Positions 1 through 8,153 of a stretch of 26,983 bases of DNA are shown in pieces; positions within the stretch are counted from its first letter, which is position 1; each line of letters begins with the position of its first letter. The notes under the pieces were generated by a model, which was given only the letters and a program-made list of their open reading frames with translations, had not been told where the DNA came from and made no database searches. The position numbers and the translations under genes are program-made. The stretch comes from Chthoniobacteraceae bacterium (GTDB lineage: Bacteria; Verrucomicrobiota; Verrucomicrobiia; Chthoniobacterales; Chthoniobacteraceae): the NCBI GenBank assembly GCA_031409655.1, contig JANNXQ010000280.1, positions 1 through 26,983 on the forward strand, written 5' to 3'.

Positions 1-1427
1 CCACAGAACGGCAGCATCGCCATCGGATCGCGGCGCACCTTGCCGATCGTGCCCGCGGCCGCCGCGGTCATCTCGCTCCCCATGGTGGCACCCATGTAAA
101 CGCCCGTGCTCCAGTTAAAGGCCTGATAGACGAGCGGCATCGTGGTGGCGCGGCGTCCGCCGAAGATGATGGCGCTGAGGGGAACGCCTGCGGGATTTTC
201 CCAGTCAGGATCGATCGTGGGACACTGGGAGGCGGGCGCCGTGAAACGGGAGTTCGGGTGGGCGGCCTTCGTGCCCTTCTCCCTGGCGATCTCCGGGGTC
301 CAGTTGTTGCCCTGCCAATCGATCGCCTTTGCGGGAGGCGTGTCTGTCATACCTTCCCACCACACCCCACCGTCGGGCGTCAGCGCTACATTGGTGAAGA
401 TCGTATTCTTTCTTAGTGAGGCCATCGCGTTCGGATTCGTATGGTCTCCGGTTCCCGGCGCGACCCCGAAGAAACCGGCCTCCGGATTGATCGCGTGCAG
501 GCGGCCATCCGTGCCGGGTTTGATCCACGCAATGTCATCACCCACCGTCCACACCTTCCACCCTTCCTGCACAAAGTGCTTCGGTGGAATGAGCATGGCA
601 AAGTTCGTCTTCCCGCAGGCGCTCGGGAAGGCCGCCGCGACGTAGGTCTTTTTCCCCTGTGGATTCTCGACTCCGAGGATGAGCATGTGTTCTGCCATCC
701 AACCTTCGTCGCGAGCCATCGCGGAGGCGATCCGCAGGGCGAAACATTTCTTCCCCAGCAAGGCATTACCCCCGTAACCGGAGCCGTAACTCCAGATCTC
801 CCGGGTCTCGGGAAAGTGGACGATGTATTTCTCCTTGTTACACGGCCAGGTTACGTCCTTCTCCCCTTTCTTCAGCGGCGCACCGACCGAGTGCAGACAA
901 GGCACCACGCGCTTTTTTGACTTATCAATAAGGTCAAACACTTTCTTCCCAATCCGCGCCATGATGCGCATATTCGCCACTGCATAAGGGGAGTCCGTAA
1001 GTTGCACGCCGATCTGGGACATCGGCGAATTCAGCGGCCCCATACTAAAGGCCAGGACATACATGGTGCGTCCGCGCATGCAGCCATTGAAAAGCTCCCG
1101 GAGCTTCTTCTTCATCTCGAAAGGGTTCATCCAGTTGTTCGTCGGGCCGGCGCCGTCCCTGGCGTAGCTGCAGATGAAGGTGCGGTCCTCGACGCGCGCC
1201 ACATCGCTGGCATCGGAGCGAGCGAGGAAGCAGCCCGGCCACTTTTTGGCATTGAGGCGGATCAGCGTCCCGGATTTTACCATCTCGTCGCAGAGCTGAT
1301 CGTACTCGGCCTTTGACCCATCCACCCAATGAATGCGATCCGGTTTGGCGAGAGCGGCCATTTTTTTGACCCACCGGAGGAGGTGGACGTTTTTGCTGAG
1401 CGGTTTCGAGGGATTGGCAGAGGTCAT
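1..1427 (-). CDS. pckG: Phosphoenolpyruvate carboxykinase (GTP), 3' end runs off the left edge of the window
   Basis: Not in the ORF track because no stop lies in the window. Manual translation from ATG at 1427 gives [38 protein letters not shown]...[14 protein letters not shown], the signature FPSACGKTN (about 603-629), AHPNSRF, and [11 protein letters not shown] at the window edge. Confidence 0.97.
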   Translation of the reverse strand, partial: MTSANPSKPLSKNVHLLRWVKKMAALAKPDRIHWVDGSKAEYDQLCDEMVKSGTLIRLNAKKWPGCFLARSDASDVARVEDRTFICSYARDGAGPTNNWMNPFEMKKKLRELFNGCMRGRTMYVLAFSMGPLNSPMSQIGVQLTDSPYAVANMRIMARIGKKVFDLIDKSKKRVVPCLHSVGAPLKKGEKDVTWPCNKEKYIVHFPETREIWSYGSGYGGNALLGKKCFALRIASAMARDEGWMAEHMLILGVENPQGKKTYVAAAFPSACGKTNFAMLIPPKHFVQEGWKVWTVGDDIAWIKPGTDGRLHAINPEAGFFGVAPGTGDHTNPNAMASLRKNTIFTNVALTPDGGVWWEGMTDTPPAKAIDWQGNNWTPEIAREKGTKAAHPNSRFTAPASQCPTIDPDWENPAGVPLSAIIFGGRRATTMPLVYQAFNWSTGVYMGATMGSEMTAAAAGTIGKVRRDPMAMLPFC

Positions 1428-1562
1428 GTCGGTGATTCGGTGGTGCCCTCGCATATGCGAGGAGGCACTGGCAAAGCACGACTAATGTTCGTCACCGGCG
1501 GCCGCCCGCCCGCTGCACATTTGGCCTCGCCACCGCGAGCGCGGCACTTTGCACTCCGGCGC

Positions 1563-1886
1563 ATGGCTGAAGAAGTTCTCGTCACATTCACCACCTGGCC
1601 CGATGCCGAAAAGGCCCGGGCTGCCGCGCACGTCCTGATCGAGGAAAAGCTCGCGGCCTGCGCGAACATCGTCCCGAAGATCGAATCCATCTATCGGTGG
1701 AAGGGCAAGGTCGAGACGGCGGTGGAAGTGCTGATGATCCTCAAGACGACGATCGCGCGCTACCAGATGCTGGAGACGCGCATCCGGGCGCTGCATCCTT
1801 ACGAGGTGCCGGAGATCGTCTGTTTGCGGGCGACGGACGGGCTGCCGGCTTACTTGCGCTGGGTGGAGGAAAGCTGCCGGTCGTAG
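1563..1886 (+). CDS. cutA: Divalent-cation tolerance protein CutA (107 aa)
   Basis: MAEEVLVTFTTWPD...LIEEKLAACANI...SIYRWKGKVE...HPYEVPEI: classic CutA1 motifs. Start placed at ATG 1563, not the track start at 1329. Confidence 0.95.
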   Translation: MAEEVLVTFTTWPDAEKARAAAHVLIEEKLAACANIVPKIESIYRWKGKVETAVEVLMILKTTIARYQMLETRIRALHPYEVPEIVCLRATDGLPAYLRWVEESCRS

Positions 1887-1895
1887 ATCGCGGGA

Positions 1896-3443
1896 TCACG
1901 AACCCGGCAGCACGCGCACGTCGAAGACGCCGGTGAGGACGCGGCCTTCGTGGCGGATCTGGACCCAGACGCGGTATTCGCCAGGGCGGGGAAAGGCGTA
2001 GGGGAAGGTGACTTCAGCGCCGGGCGGGGCGGGTGGTGACGGGCCTTCATTGGGCGGGCGGTCGCGGTTTGCGAGGAGTTCCTGGGCGGCCATCGAGACG
2101 GTGCCGACGGGATGCAGGTGGGTGAAGACGGTGCCATCGGTGCGGCGCACCACGGCGTGTCCGGTCATACCCATGTAGGGTTGCAAAGTGGCGCGGTGGC
2201 CGGTGGCGGCGAAGACGGAGAAACGCAGGGAGGTTTCGCGATCGGCGACGAGACCGCCCGCATTTTCAAAGACCATCTGCAGGTCGCCGGGGAGCGGGCT
2301 GACGAGCGTGCGCGTGTCGGCAGGGACGGCGGGCGTGGGCGCGAGGTGCCAGGAATCGTCGGCGTCGAGGGCGTAGGGTTGGGCAGCGTTGCCGAGCGGG
2401 ACGGTGGGCGCGCGGCACCAGACTTCGTTGACCATTTTCCAATCGGCCATCGGCGGTAGCGCAGGACCAGCGGGCTCGGGCAGGGCGAGGCGCGCGGTGA
2501 GGGTCTGGGAGAGGCCGTTCTCCTGGGTGACTTCGGCGTAGAGCCGGTAGTCGCCGGCCGGGAGTGGGGGCAGGACGTTTTCAAAAGTGCGGCCATCGCG
2601 GCGCACCGGATGCAGATGGGCAAAGGCCACGCCGTCCGGCTCGCGGACGAGGAAGAGGTGCATGAGCTTGCCGTGATCGGCGACAAGCGTGTCCCAGTTG
2701 GCGTCGGGCGATTCATCGGTGCCGGGGGTGAGCCGGAGGAGGCGCAGGGTGCCGGCGGTGCGGATCTCGGCGGCGACTGGCAAGGGGCGGGCGAGGGCAT
2801 TGTTCCGGAAGTCGCGGTCCATCGCCCGCCAGCGCGCGGTGCCGGCGGCGAGGGCGGCGGCGAGCACGAGTGTGGCGAACAGAGCGGCGCGGCGGCCGCG
2901 TGCGTGATCGCGCGGCGAGGGAACGGCGCCGGGAGGCAGGGTGCTTTCGCGAGCGGCCGTGCCGACGATCCACACGGCACTGCTGAAGAGCGCGACGCCA
3001 AAGACCGCGAGCAAGGCGCCGAGCGCTGGCGGCATCGTAGGGCGCTGGGTGGCCGCGGAGTTCAGCGGGATGGAGACGGCGCCGGCGCCGCGGGGACTCG
3101 CGATCGTGACCCGCACGCGATACGAGCCGCGAGTGAGGAGCCAGAGCGGGGCGTGAAAGAGCCCGGCCTCGCCCGCGACCCGCGCTGCTGGCAAAGGCGC
3201 GGCGGCAGCGGAGTCGCCGGCTTCCCACGGCGCGGCCTGGATCGTCACGGCGTCCGCACCTTCACCCGCCACGCGCACATCCACCTGCGCGACGCCCGGC
3301 AAGGTCGCAGGCGGGCGAATGACGACGCGCACCGCGTGTGGTCCGGCCTGGCCCTCAAAAAAAACGTTCGGACTGCCGACGTGGGCGCGCGCGGCGAGCG
3401 GCAGCAGGAGCAGGGCGACGGCGGTGAGGAGCAGCGTCTTCAT
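1896..3443 (-). CDS. Secreted/membrane-anchored His-rich putative copper-binding protein (515 aa)
   Basis: C-terminal part of the 1073-aa track ORF. ATG at 3443 gives signal peptide MKTLLLTAVALLLLPLAARA then HVGSPNVFFEG, a beta-rich domain, two hydrophobic helices, and two related modules DHGKLMHLFLV...FAHLHP and LQPYMGMTGHAVV...FTHLHP. The start overlaps the upstream stop (ATGA). Confidence 0.8.
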   Translation of the reverse strand: MKTLLLTAVALLLLPLAARAHVGSPNVFFEGQAGPHAVRVVIRPPATLPGVAQVDVRVAGEGADAVTIQAAPWEAGDSAAAAPLPAARVAGEAGLFHAPLWLLTRGSYRVRVTIASPRGAGAVSIPLNSAATQRPTMPPALGALLAVFGVALFSSAVWIVGTAARESTLPPGAVPSPRDHARGRRAALFATLVLAAALAAGTARWRAMDRDFRNNALARPLPVAAEIRTAGTLRLLRLTPGTDESPDANWDTLVADHGKLMHLFLVREPDGVAFAHLHPVRRDGRTFENVLPPLPAGDYRLYAEVTQENGLSQTLTARLALPEPAGPALPPMADWKMVNEVWCRAPTVPLGNAAQPYALDADDSWHLAPTPAVPADTRTLVSPLPGDLQMVFENAGGLVADRETSLRFSVFAATGHRATLQPYMGMTGHAVVRRTDGTVFTHLHPVGTVSMAAQELLANRDRPPNEGPSPPAPPGAEVTFPYAFPRPGEYRVWVQIRHEGRVLTGVFDVRVLPGS

Positions 3444-4561
3444 CGGCGCACGCGCTGGAGCCAGGCGCCAAGCCAGAGCCCGAGCCGCGCGGAGACGATC
3501 GCGAGCCCGGCAGCAAGGAGCGTATTGCGCAGATTCATCTCGTCCCCTGTGGCCGTCCAGAAGGCCGTCTCCGCGGACGGCGCGAGGCGCTGGAAAAACG
3601 GCCAGTGCTTTCCGCCTCCGGCGAAGAACCAATGGTCCGCCGCGGGCGAGAGGAGGAATCGCGCGAAGGGCCACTGCACCGCGAGGAACACCGCGAAGAA
3701 GGCCAGCCCGGCCTCGATCGCCTGCCCCCAGCCCGGGGCGCGCGTCGCTCCCTTTTTCGGGAAGACCCGGAGCAGTGCATCGAGGGCGAGAGCCGGGGCG
3801 ACGAGGAGCAGCGGAAAGGGCGGTGGCAAAAGGTAGTCGCGCGGATGATAAATGGGCGCGACCTGCGGCGAGCCGGGCACAAGCGGCAGCAGCCAGACCA
3901 TCGCCGCCACGAGTAGCATCCCGGCGAGCGCACCCGGGGTGGCCGTCCAGCGTCCACGGCCCGCGAGCGCCAGCGCCACGAGCACCACGGGATACGCCCC
4001 GCAGGCGATCTGATAGAAGGTGGCGGAGTGCTGGCGATTGGCGAAATTCCCGGCCAACGTGAAGAGGAACGTGAGCGCCAGCACCACCCCTCCGGACGCT
4101 GCGAATCCCGCCCGGAGCCCCGTCCCGCTGACCCATGCTCCGAAGGTGATGGCCAGAAAAGCCGCTGCCTTCAGCAATTGCGGCGGGTGCCAGATGCCGG
4201 CGGCGAGCCCGTAGCTGGCCTGCCACCAGCGATCGAAAAGAAACGCCGCGCCGAAAGCGCAAGCCCCCCACAGCACCACCCGCGCGCCCAGCGTCCCGCC
4301 AGCACTCGCGTTTCCCGGCAGAAAGAGGACCCCCAACGCCGCGCCCGCCGCCAGCGCGACCGCGAGGTAAGTGGCGACATGCGGCGGTGACCCCACGAGA
4401 TCGATCCCGATGGTCGATTCCCAAGAAAAATCCCAGAGCAAGCTCAGCGGCAGGCCCGCCGCCGCAAGCAGTAACAGCCAGCGGGCGCCGGTCGGCAGGG
4501 GCCGGAAACCGGGGGCCGACGCGACAGCGTCTTCTCGGTCGGATTGGGGAAAAAGGCTCAT
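3440..4561 (-). CDS. Polytopic membrane protein (373 aa) with two D-x-x-W-x...PP(H/Q) motifs spaced like the PmoC/AmoC metal sites
   Basis: Many hydrophobic segments; motifs WDFSWESTIGIDLVGSPPH and FDRWWQASYGLAAGIWHPPQ; ATGA overlap with the downstream gene. Confidence 0.8.
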   Translation of the reverse strand: MSLFPQSDREDAVASAPGFRPLPTGARWLLLLAAAGLPLSLLWDFSWESTIGIDLVGSPPHVATYLAVALAAGAALGVLFLPGNASAGGTLGARVVLWGACAFGAAFLFDRWWQASYGLAAGIWHPPQLLKAAAFLAITFGAWVSGTGLRAGFAASGGVVLALTFLFTLAGNFANRQHSATFYQIACGAYPVVLVALALAGRGRWTATPGALAGMLLVAAMVWLLPLVPGSPQVAPIYHPRDYLLPPPFPLLLVAPALALDALLRVFPKKGATRAPGWGQAIEAGLAFFAVFLAVQWPFARFLLSPAADHWFFAGGGKHWPFFQRLAPSAETAFWTATGDEMNLRNTLLAAGLAIVSARLGLWLGAWLQRVRR

Positions 4562-4651
4562 CCAAAACGACGCTTACACGATGCGCCCCGGCACCGCGAG
4601 CGCCGCGCCTGGAGGCCCACGGTAATATTTTCATCCGACCCGTGTTTTGTC

Positions 4652-4680
4652 TTGCCGCCAGTGCGCCGAGTAAATAGAAA
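4652..4680 (+). promoter_or_regulatory. Possible sigma70-type promoter for the PEP-CTERM gene
   Basis: TTGCCG-N17-TAGAAA in the AT-richer divergent intergenic region, 23 nt before the ATG. The -10 element is imperfect. Confidence 0.3.
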
Positions 4681-4703
4681 CCATAAGAAATTCTTTCTTC
4701 CCC

Positions 4704-5429
4704 ATGAAACTCCGACTCCTCTCTTCGATCGCCCTCACGTCCGGCTTCCTCTCGGTCGCTTCGCAAGCCGCCTTTCACGTCATGCAGATCGAGCAGGTGC
4801 TCGGATCGGTGAATGGAAATACCAATGTGCAGGCCATTCAGTTGCGCATGCGTTCCGCCGGGCAAGGCGTCATCGGCAACGGTCGCCTGGTGGCCTACGA
4901 CGCCAATGGACTCAACCCCGTAATCTTGCTTGATCCGACGACGAGCGTCGGCATCAACACGGCTGGGTCCAATGTTCTTTTCACCTCCGCAGCCTTCGAT
5001 TCGTTGATGGGTTCGGTGCCCGGCTATGCGAAGGATTTCACCCTCGCCAACACCATCCCTGCCTCCTACTTCTCGGGCGGGAAAGTCACTTGGGAAAGCA
5101 ATGCGGGCATTATCCAATGGGCAACGGCTTTCGGCGCTTACCTCGGGACGAATACTGGCTTGGCCTCCAATACCGTCGGCGCTACGGGCAACTTCGGCGC
5201 ACCGTTTGCGGGCAACTTGCCGACTCTCGGGACGCAGGCGATTCGCTTCACTGGCGCCGCCTCGGCCGCGAGCACCGCGAACTCCTCGGACTACGCCTTC
5301 AGTTCTCCAGCCACGGTGCGCAATAACGCTGGCGCTTCATTTGCCGTCGTCCCCGAACCGGGCACGGCTGCGCTGCTTGTGACCTTCGGTCTCGGCGCCA
5401 TCGCCATCGCCCGCCGCCGCTCGCGGTAA
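4704..5429 (+). CDS. PEP-CTERM sorting-domain surface protein (241 aa)
   Basis: Signal peptide; Ser/Thr/Gly/Ala/Asn-rich body; C-terminal VPEPGT, hydrophobic helix and RRRSR basic tail (exosortase target). Confidence 0.95.
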   Translation: MKLRLLSSIALTSGFLSVASQAAFHVMQIEQVLGSVNGNTNVQAIQLRMRSAGQGVIGNGRLVAYDANGLNPVILLDPTTSVGINTAGSNVLFTSAAFDSLMGSVPGYAKDFTLANTIPASYFSGGKVTWESNAGIIQWATAFGAYLGTNTGLASNTVGATGNFGAPFAGNLPTLGTQAIRFTGAASAASTANSSDYAFSSPATVRNNAGASFAVVPEPGTAALLVTFGLGAIAIARRRSR

Positions 5430-5433
5430 GGGG

Positions 5434-6300
5434 TCAGGGTCGGGCCGGGATGGCCCGTTGCAGTTCGGCGGCCAGTTCGTCCGCGGCCCATTGGTTGCCG
5501 GAGAAGATTCTTCGCACCGTGCCGTCGGGAGAGATCACGGCGGTCCGCAGATTGTGATTCCACTCCGCGCCCTCGCGGAAGACCGCCAGCCCGAAGAACC
5601 CGCTCAGCTTCGCAATCTCCGCTGGCTCGCCTGTCACGAAACGCCACCGCGTCGGATCAGCGGTCTGGCGCCGCGCATATTCCCCGAGCCGCTCTGGCGT
5701 GTCGTGCTCCGGGTCGATGGTGACGGAGAGCAGTTGGCAGCCATCCTTCGCGCCCGCCGCCGCGAGTAACCGCTGCACCTCGGCGAACCGCGCGCTGAGC
5801 AGCGGGCAATAATCCGGCAACGGACAGCGCGTGTAGATGAAAGTGATCGCCAAGGCGCGTCCCTGGAAATCTCCGAGCCGCAGCGCGCGCCCGTCCTCAT
5901 CCACGAGGGCGACATCCGGCACGGACGCATCCGGCGCCAGCCGCGGCTCGGCCACTTTTGGGGTAGGAAGCTCCACGTGTCCGGTCTTCCGCACCTGATC
6001 GATCCAGCTCTCCGTCTCCGTCACCGAGAGGCGGAAGGCGAGCTGATCGCCCGGCACCAGGCCCGCGAGATCTTTCGCCTCCCTGGCCCGGAGTTCCATG
6101 GTCATCGCGTCCATGTACCCGGGGATCGTCTCGTGCGCGATCACCGCCCGGCGGCCATCTGGCAGCGTCTCCTGAAGCACCCCGCGCACTTCAAAGGTGG
6201 TGAGTTCCGGAACCGTCCTGGCGTCTTTCCGATCCGGGTCGCAGCCAGCCAGGACGAACACGCACAGGAGGAAAGTGAGGGGGAGAAAGTACCGTCGCAT
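5434..6300 (-). CDS. SCO1/SenC-family lipoprotein with N-terminal CusF-like copper-binding domain (288 aa)
   Basis: ATG at 6300; lipobox LAGC; CusF-like HETIPGYMDAMTM; SCO thioredoxin-fold TFIYTRCPLPDYCP, SVTIDPEHDTPERL and distal His in WNHNLRT. Confidence 0.92.
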   Translation of the reverse strand: MRRYFLPLTFLLCVFVLAGCDPDRKDARTVPELTTFEVRGVLQETLPDGRRAVIAHETIPGYMDAMTMELRAREAKDLAGLVPGDQLAFRLSVTETESWIDQVRKTGHVELPTPKVAEPRLAPDASVPDVALVDEDGRALRLGDFQGRALAITFIYTRCPLPDYCPLLSARFAEVQRLLAAAGAKDGCQLLSVTIDPEHDTPERLGEYARRQTADPTRWRFVTGEPAEIAKLSGFFGLAVFREGAEWNHNLRTAVISPDGTVRRIFSGNQWAADELAAELQRAIPARP

Positions 6301-6355
6301 TGGCCCCCTTGTAGCGTAGGAAGCGGAGTCGCCGCAGCCAAATTCCCAACGCGCC

Positions 6356-7336
6356 CTACTCGACCCGGTCGCGAACCCACACCGCCAACTCCGCAAAATC
6401 CTTGATCGCGATCCCGGAAGCGGCGGCCTCGCGGGGACGGCGTTGCCGGAGCATTCCGCCGGAAAGGATCCACGCGTCGTCGCGGTAGGGGCCCACTTTG
6501 CCGGGGTCGCTCCAGGTGTGGATGGCGACGACGTTGGGCGTGAGCGCGGCGGCGATGTGCATGGGGCCGCTATCGACGCTCACCACAAAGGCGGCGCGGC
6601 GGAGCAGCCAGATGAGTTCGGCGATGGAGGTGCGATTGAGGAGGTCGGTGGCACTGGGGATCGCGGGTAGCGTGGCCTCGGCGCGACCGGCGATGACCAC
6701 GCGCATGGGGGCGAGGGCGCGGCAAAATTCGACGACCTCCCCGGGGGTGAGGGACTTGCCGGTACCGCGCGAAAAGGGATGGAGGAGGACAAATGGGGTG
6801 GCGGCGAAATCCGGGATGGCGGAGCCGCTCGGGAGTGGCCAGCGCAGCGCGGATGAAGGTGGCGCGGGCGTGCCGCCGGTGGCCTGCACGGCGAGGGCGA
6901 GGTAGCGATCGACGGCGTGCGGCGCGGCGACGACATCGACGGCTTCGTCGTAGAAAAAGCGGGCACCTTCCCGGGCATCGGAAAGGCCGAGCACGCGGGT
7001 CTTTTCGCCGCGGCAAAGTTTGGCAATGAGCGCGCTACGAAGCAGGCCCTGGAAGTCGAGAATCAGGTCGGCGTCGATCTGCGCGCGGAGCGCCTGCGCC
7101 CACGGCGCGATCTTCAGGACGCCGCCGACACCGCGGAAGCGACGCCGTGGAAATTCGATCGCTTCTTCTATATCCGGATTCCCCTCAAGCAGCGGCAGCC
7201 ACTCCGTATTGGCGATCCAGCGGATGGAGGCGCGGGGCCAGCGATCCTTGAGCAGCGCAACAGCCGGGAGCGTGTGGACGATGTCGCCGAGCGAACTCGG
7301 CTTGATGATGAGGATGGAGGGGATTTCAGATTTCAG
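6356..7336 (-). CDS. Glycosyltransferase family 9 (LPS heptosyltransferase, WaaC/WaaF-like), probable CTG start, about 326 aa
   Basis: The frame extends upstream of the track ORF (6994) through LDFQGLLRSA to the GT9 N-terminal motif ILIIKPSSLGDIVHTLP. C-terminal VSVDSGPMHIAAAL. An in-frame TGA at 7340-7342 leaves CTG at 7336 as the most plausible start. Confidence 0.88.
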   Translation of the reverse strand: MKSEIPSILIIKPSSLGDIVHTLPAVALLKDRWPRASIRWIANTEWLPLLEGNPDIEEAIEFPRRRFRGVGGVLKIAPWAQALRAQIDADLILDFQGLLRSALIAKLCRGEKTRVLGLSDAREGARFFYDEAVDVVAAPHAVDRYLALAVQATGGTPAPPSSALRWPLPSGSAIPDFAATPFVLLHPFSRGTGKSLTPGEVVEFCRALAPMRVVIAGRAEATLPAIPSATDLLNRTSIAELIWLLRRAAFVVSVDSGPMHIAAALTPNVVAIHTWSDPGKVGPYRDDAWILSGGMLRQRRPREAAASGIAIKDFAELAVWVRDRVE

Positions 7337-7413
7337 ATCTCAGATTTCAGATTGAAACGAGCCGCGCGCGCGTTCCCCCAATCTGAAATCTGAAATCTAC
7401 AATCTGAAATCCC
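7320..7413. repeat. Inverted pair of heptamer tandem arrays (GATTTCA)n...(TGAAATC)n forming a long hairpin
   Basis: Arms 7320-7354 and 7379-7413 (35 nt each, 3 mismatches), 24-nt spacer. Confidence 0.95.
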
Positions 7414-7414
7414 G

Positions 7415-8149
7415 CTACTTTCCCAGCGCCAGCCGATCCGCGAGCCGCTGTGGGAGGCCGGCGGCCACGATCTTATCCTGCGCCGTCCAGATGTCGTACT
7501 CGAGCCGGCGAAGCTCCACTTTTTGCTCCTCAGGGGAATAGAGGACGTAGGCGGAATGCCAGTCGCCGTCGCGTGGCTGGCCGACGCTGCCGCAATTGAT
7601 GAAATACTTTTTGCCCGGCTCGATCTGCATGATCTTTTGCACTCCGTCGAAGGCGTGGCTTTTCACCGGACCGTCGCGGATGTAGGCGCGCGGGGCGTGG
7701 GTGTGGCCGTAGAAGCAGAGCTGGGTGTGCTGGTAGTTGAAACTCGCGGCGGCATCGAGCTGATTGAAGACGTAGCCCCACTTGTGCGGGGTATCGAGGG
7801 TGGCGTGGACGATGGTGAAGTCGCGCACCTGGCGGACCATCTTGAGGTCGCGCAGCCACTGCTTGTCTTCGTCAGTGAGCTGGTGGCGGGTCCAGTTGAT
7901 CGCCTCCTCGGCGAGCGGATTAAAGCCGACGAGTTCCTCGGTCATCGACGCCTGCTCGTCGTGATTGCCTTTGATCACCGGGCATTCGAGACCGCGGACG
8001 ATCTCCAGACACTCGTGGGGGTTCGCATTGTAGCCGACGACATCGCCGAGGCAGACGTAGTGTGTGACCTCACGCTCCTTGGCATCGGCAAGCACGGCTT
8101 GCAGGGCCTCGAGGTTGGCATGGATGTCTCCGAAGATGGCGTAACGCAT
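7415..8149 (-). CDS. Calcineurin-like metallophosphoesterase (YfcE/Metallophos_2-type, 244 aa)
   Basis: GDIHAN, LGDVVGY, GNHD, VH, GHTH and NCGSVGQPRDGD motifs. Confidence 0.95.
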   Translation of the reverse strand: MRYAIFGDIHANLEALQAVLADAKEREVTHYVCLGDVVGYNANPHECLEIVRGLECPVIKGNHDEQASMTEELVGFNPLAEEAINWTRHQLTDEDKQWLRDLKMVRQVRDFTIVHATLDTPHKWGYVFNQLDAAASFNYQHTQLCFYGHTHAPRAYIRDGPVKSHAFDGVQKIMQIEPGKKYFINCGSVGQPRDGDWHSAYVLYSPEEQKVELRRLEYDIWTAQDKIVAAGLPQRLADRLALGK

Positions 8150-8153
8150 GGGG

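Noticed and set aside
142..1479. Several short track ORFs in the first 1.5 kb
   Set aside because: All are shadows of pckG, which the track missed because its stop lies outside the window.
3440..4561. Calling the membrane gene a bona fide pmoC/amoC (methane or ammonia oxidation)
   Set aside because: It lacks the EQDxxWH/RDTxFTPSH and NEWGH signatures, and there are no pmoA or true pmoB genes. Only motif spacing and topology are shared.
1896..5117. 1073-aa ORF as one giant protein
   Set aside because: The N-terminal half is Arg/Gly/Ala-rich off-frame read-through overlapping the 373-aa membrane gene and antisense to the PEP-CTERM gene. A clean signal peptide and ATGA coupling define the real start at 3443.
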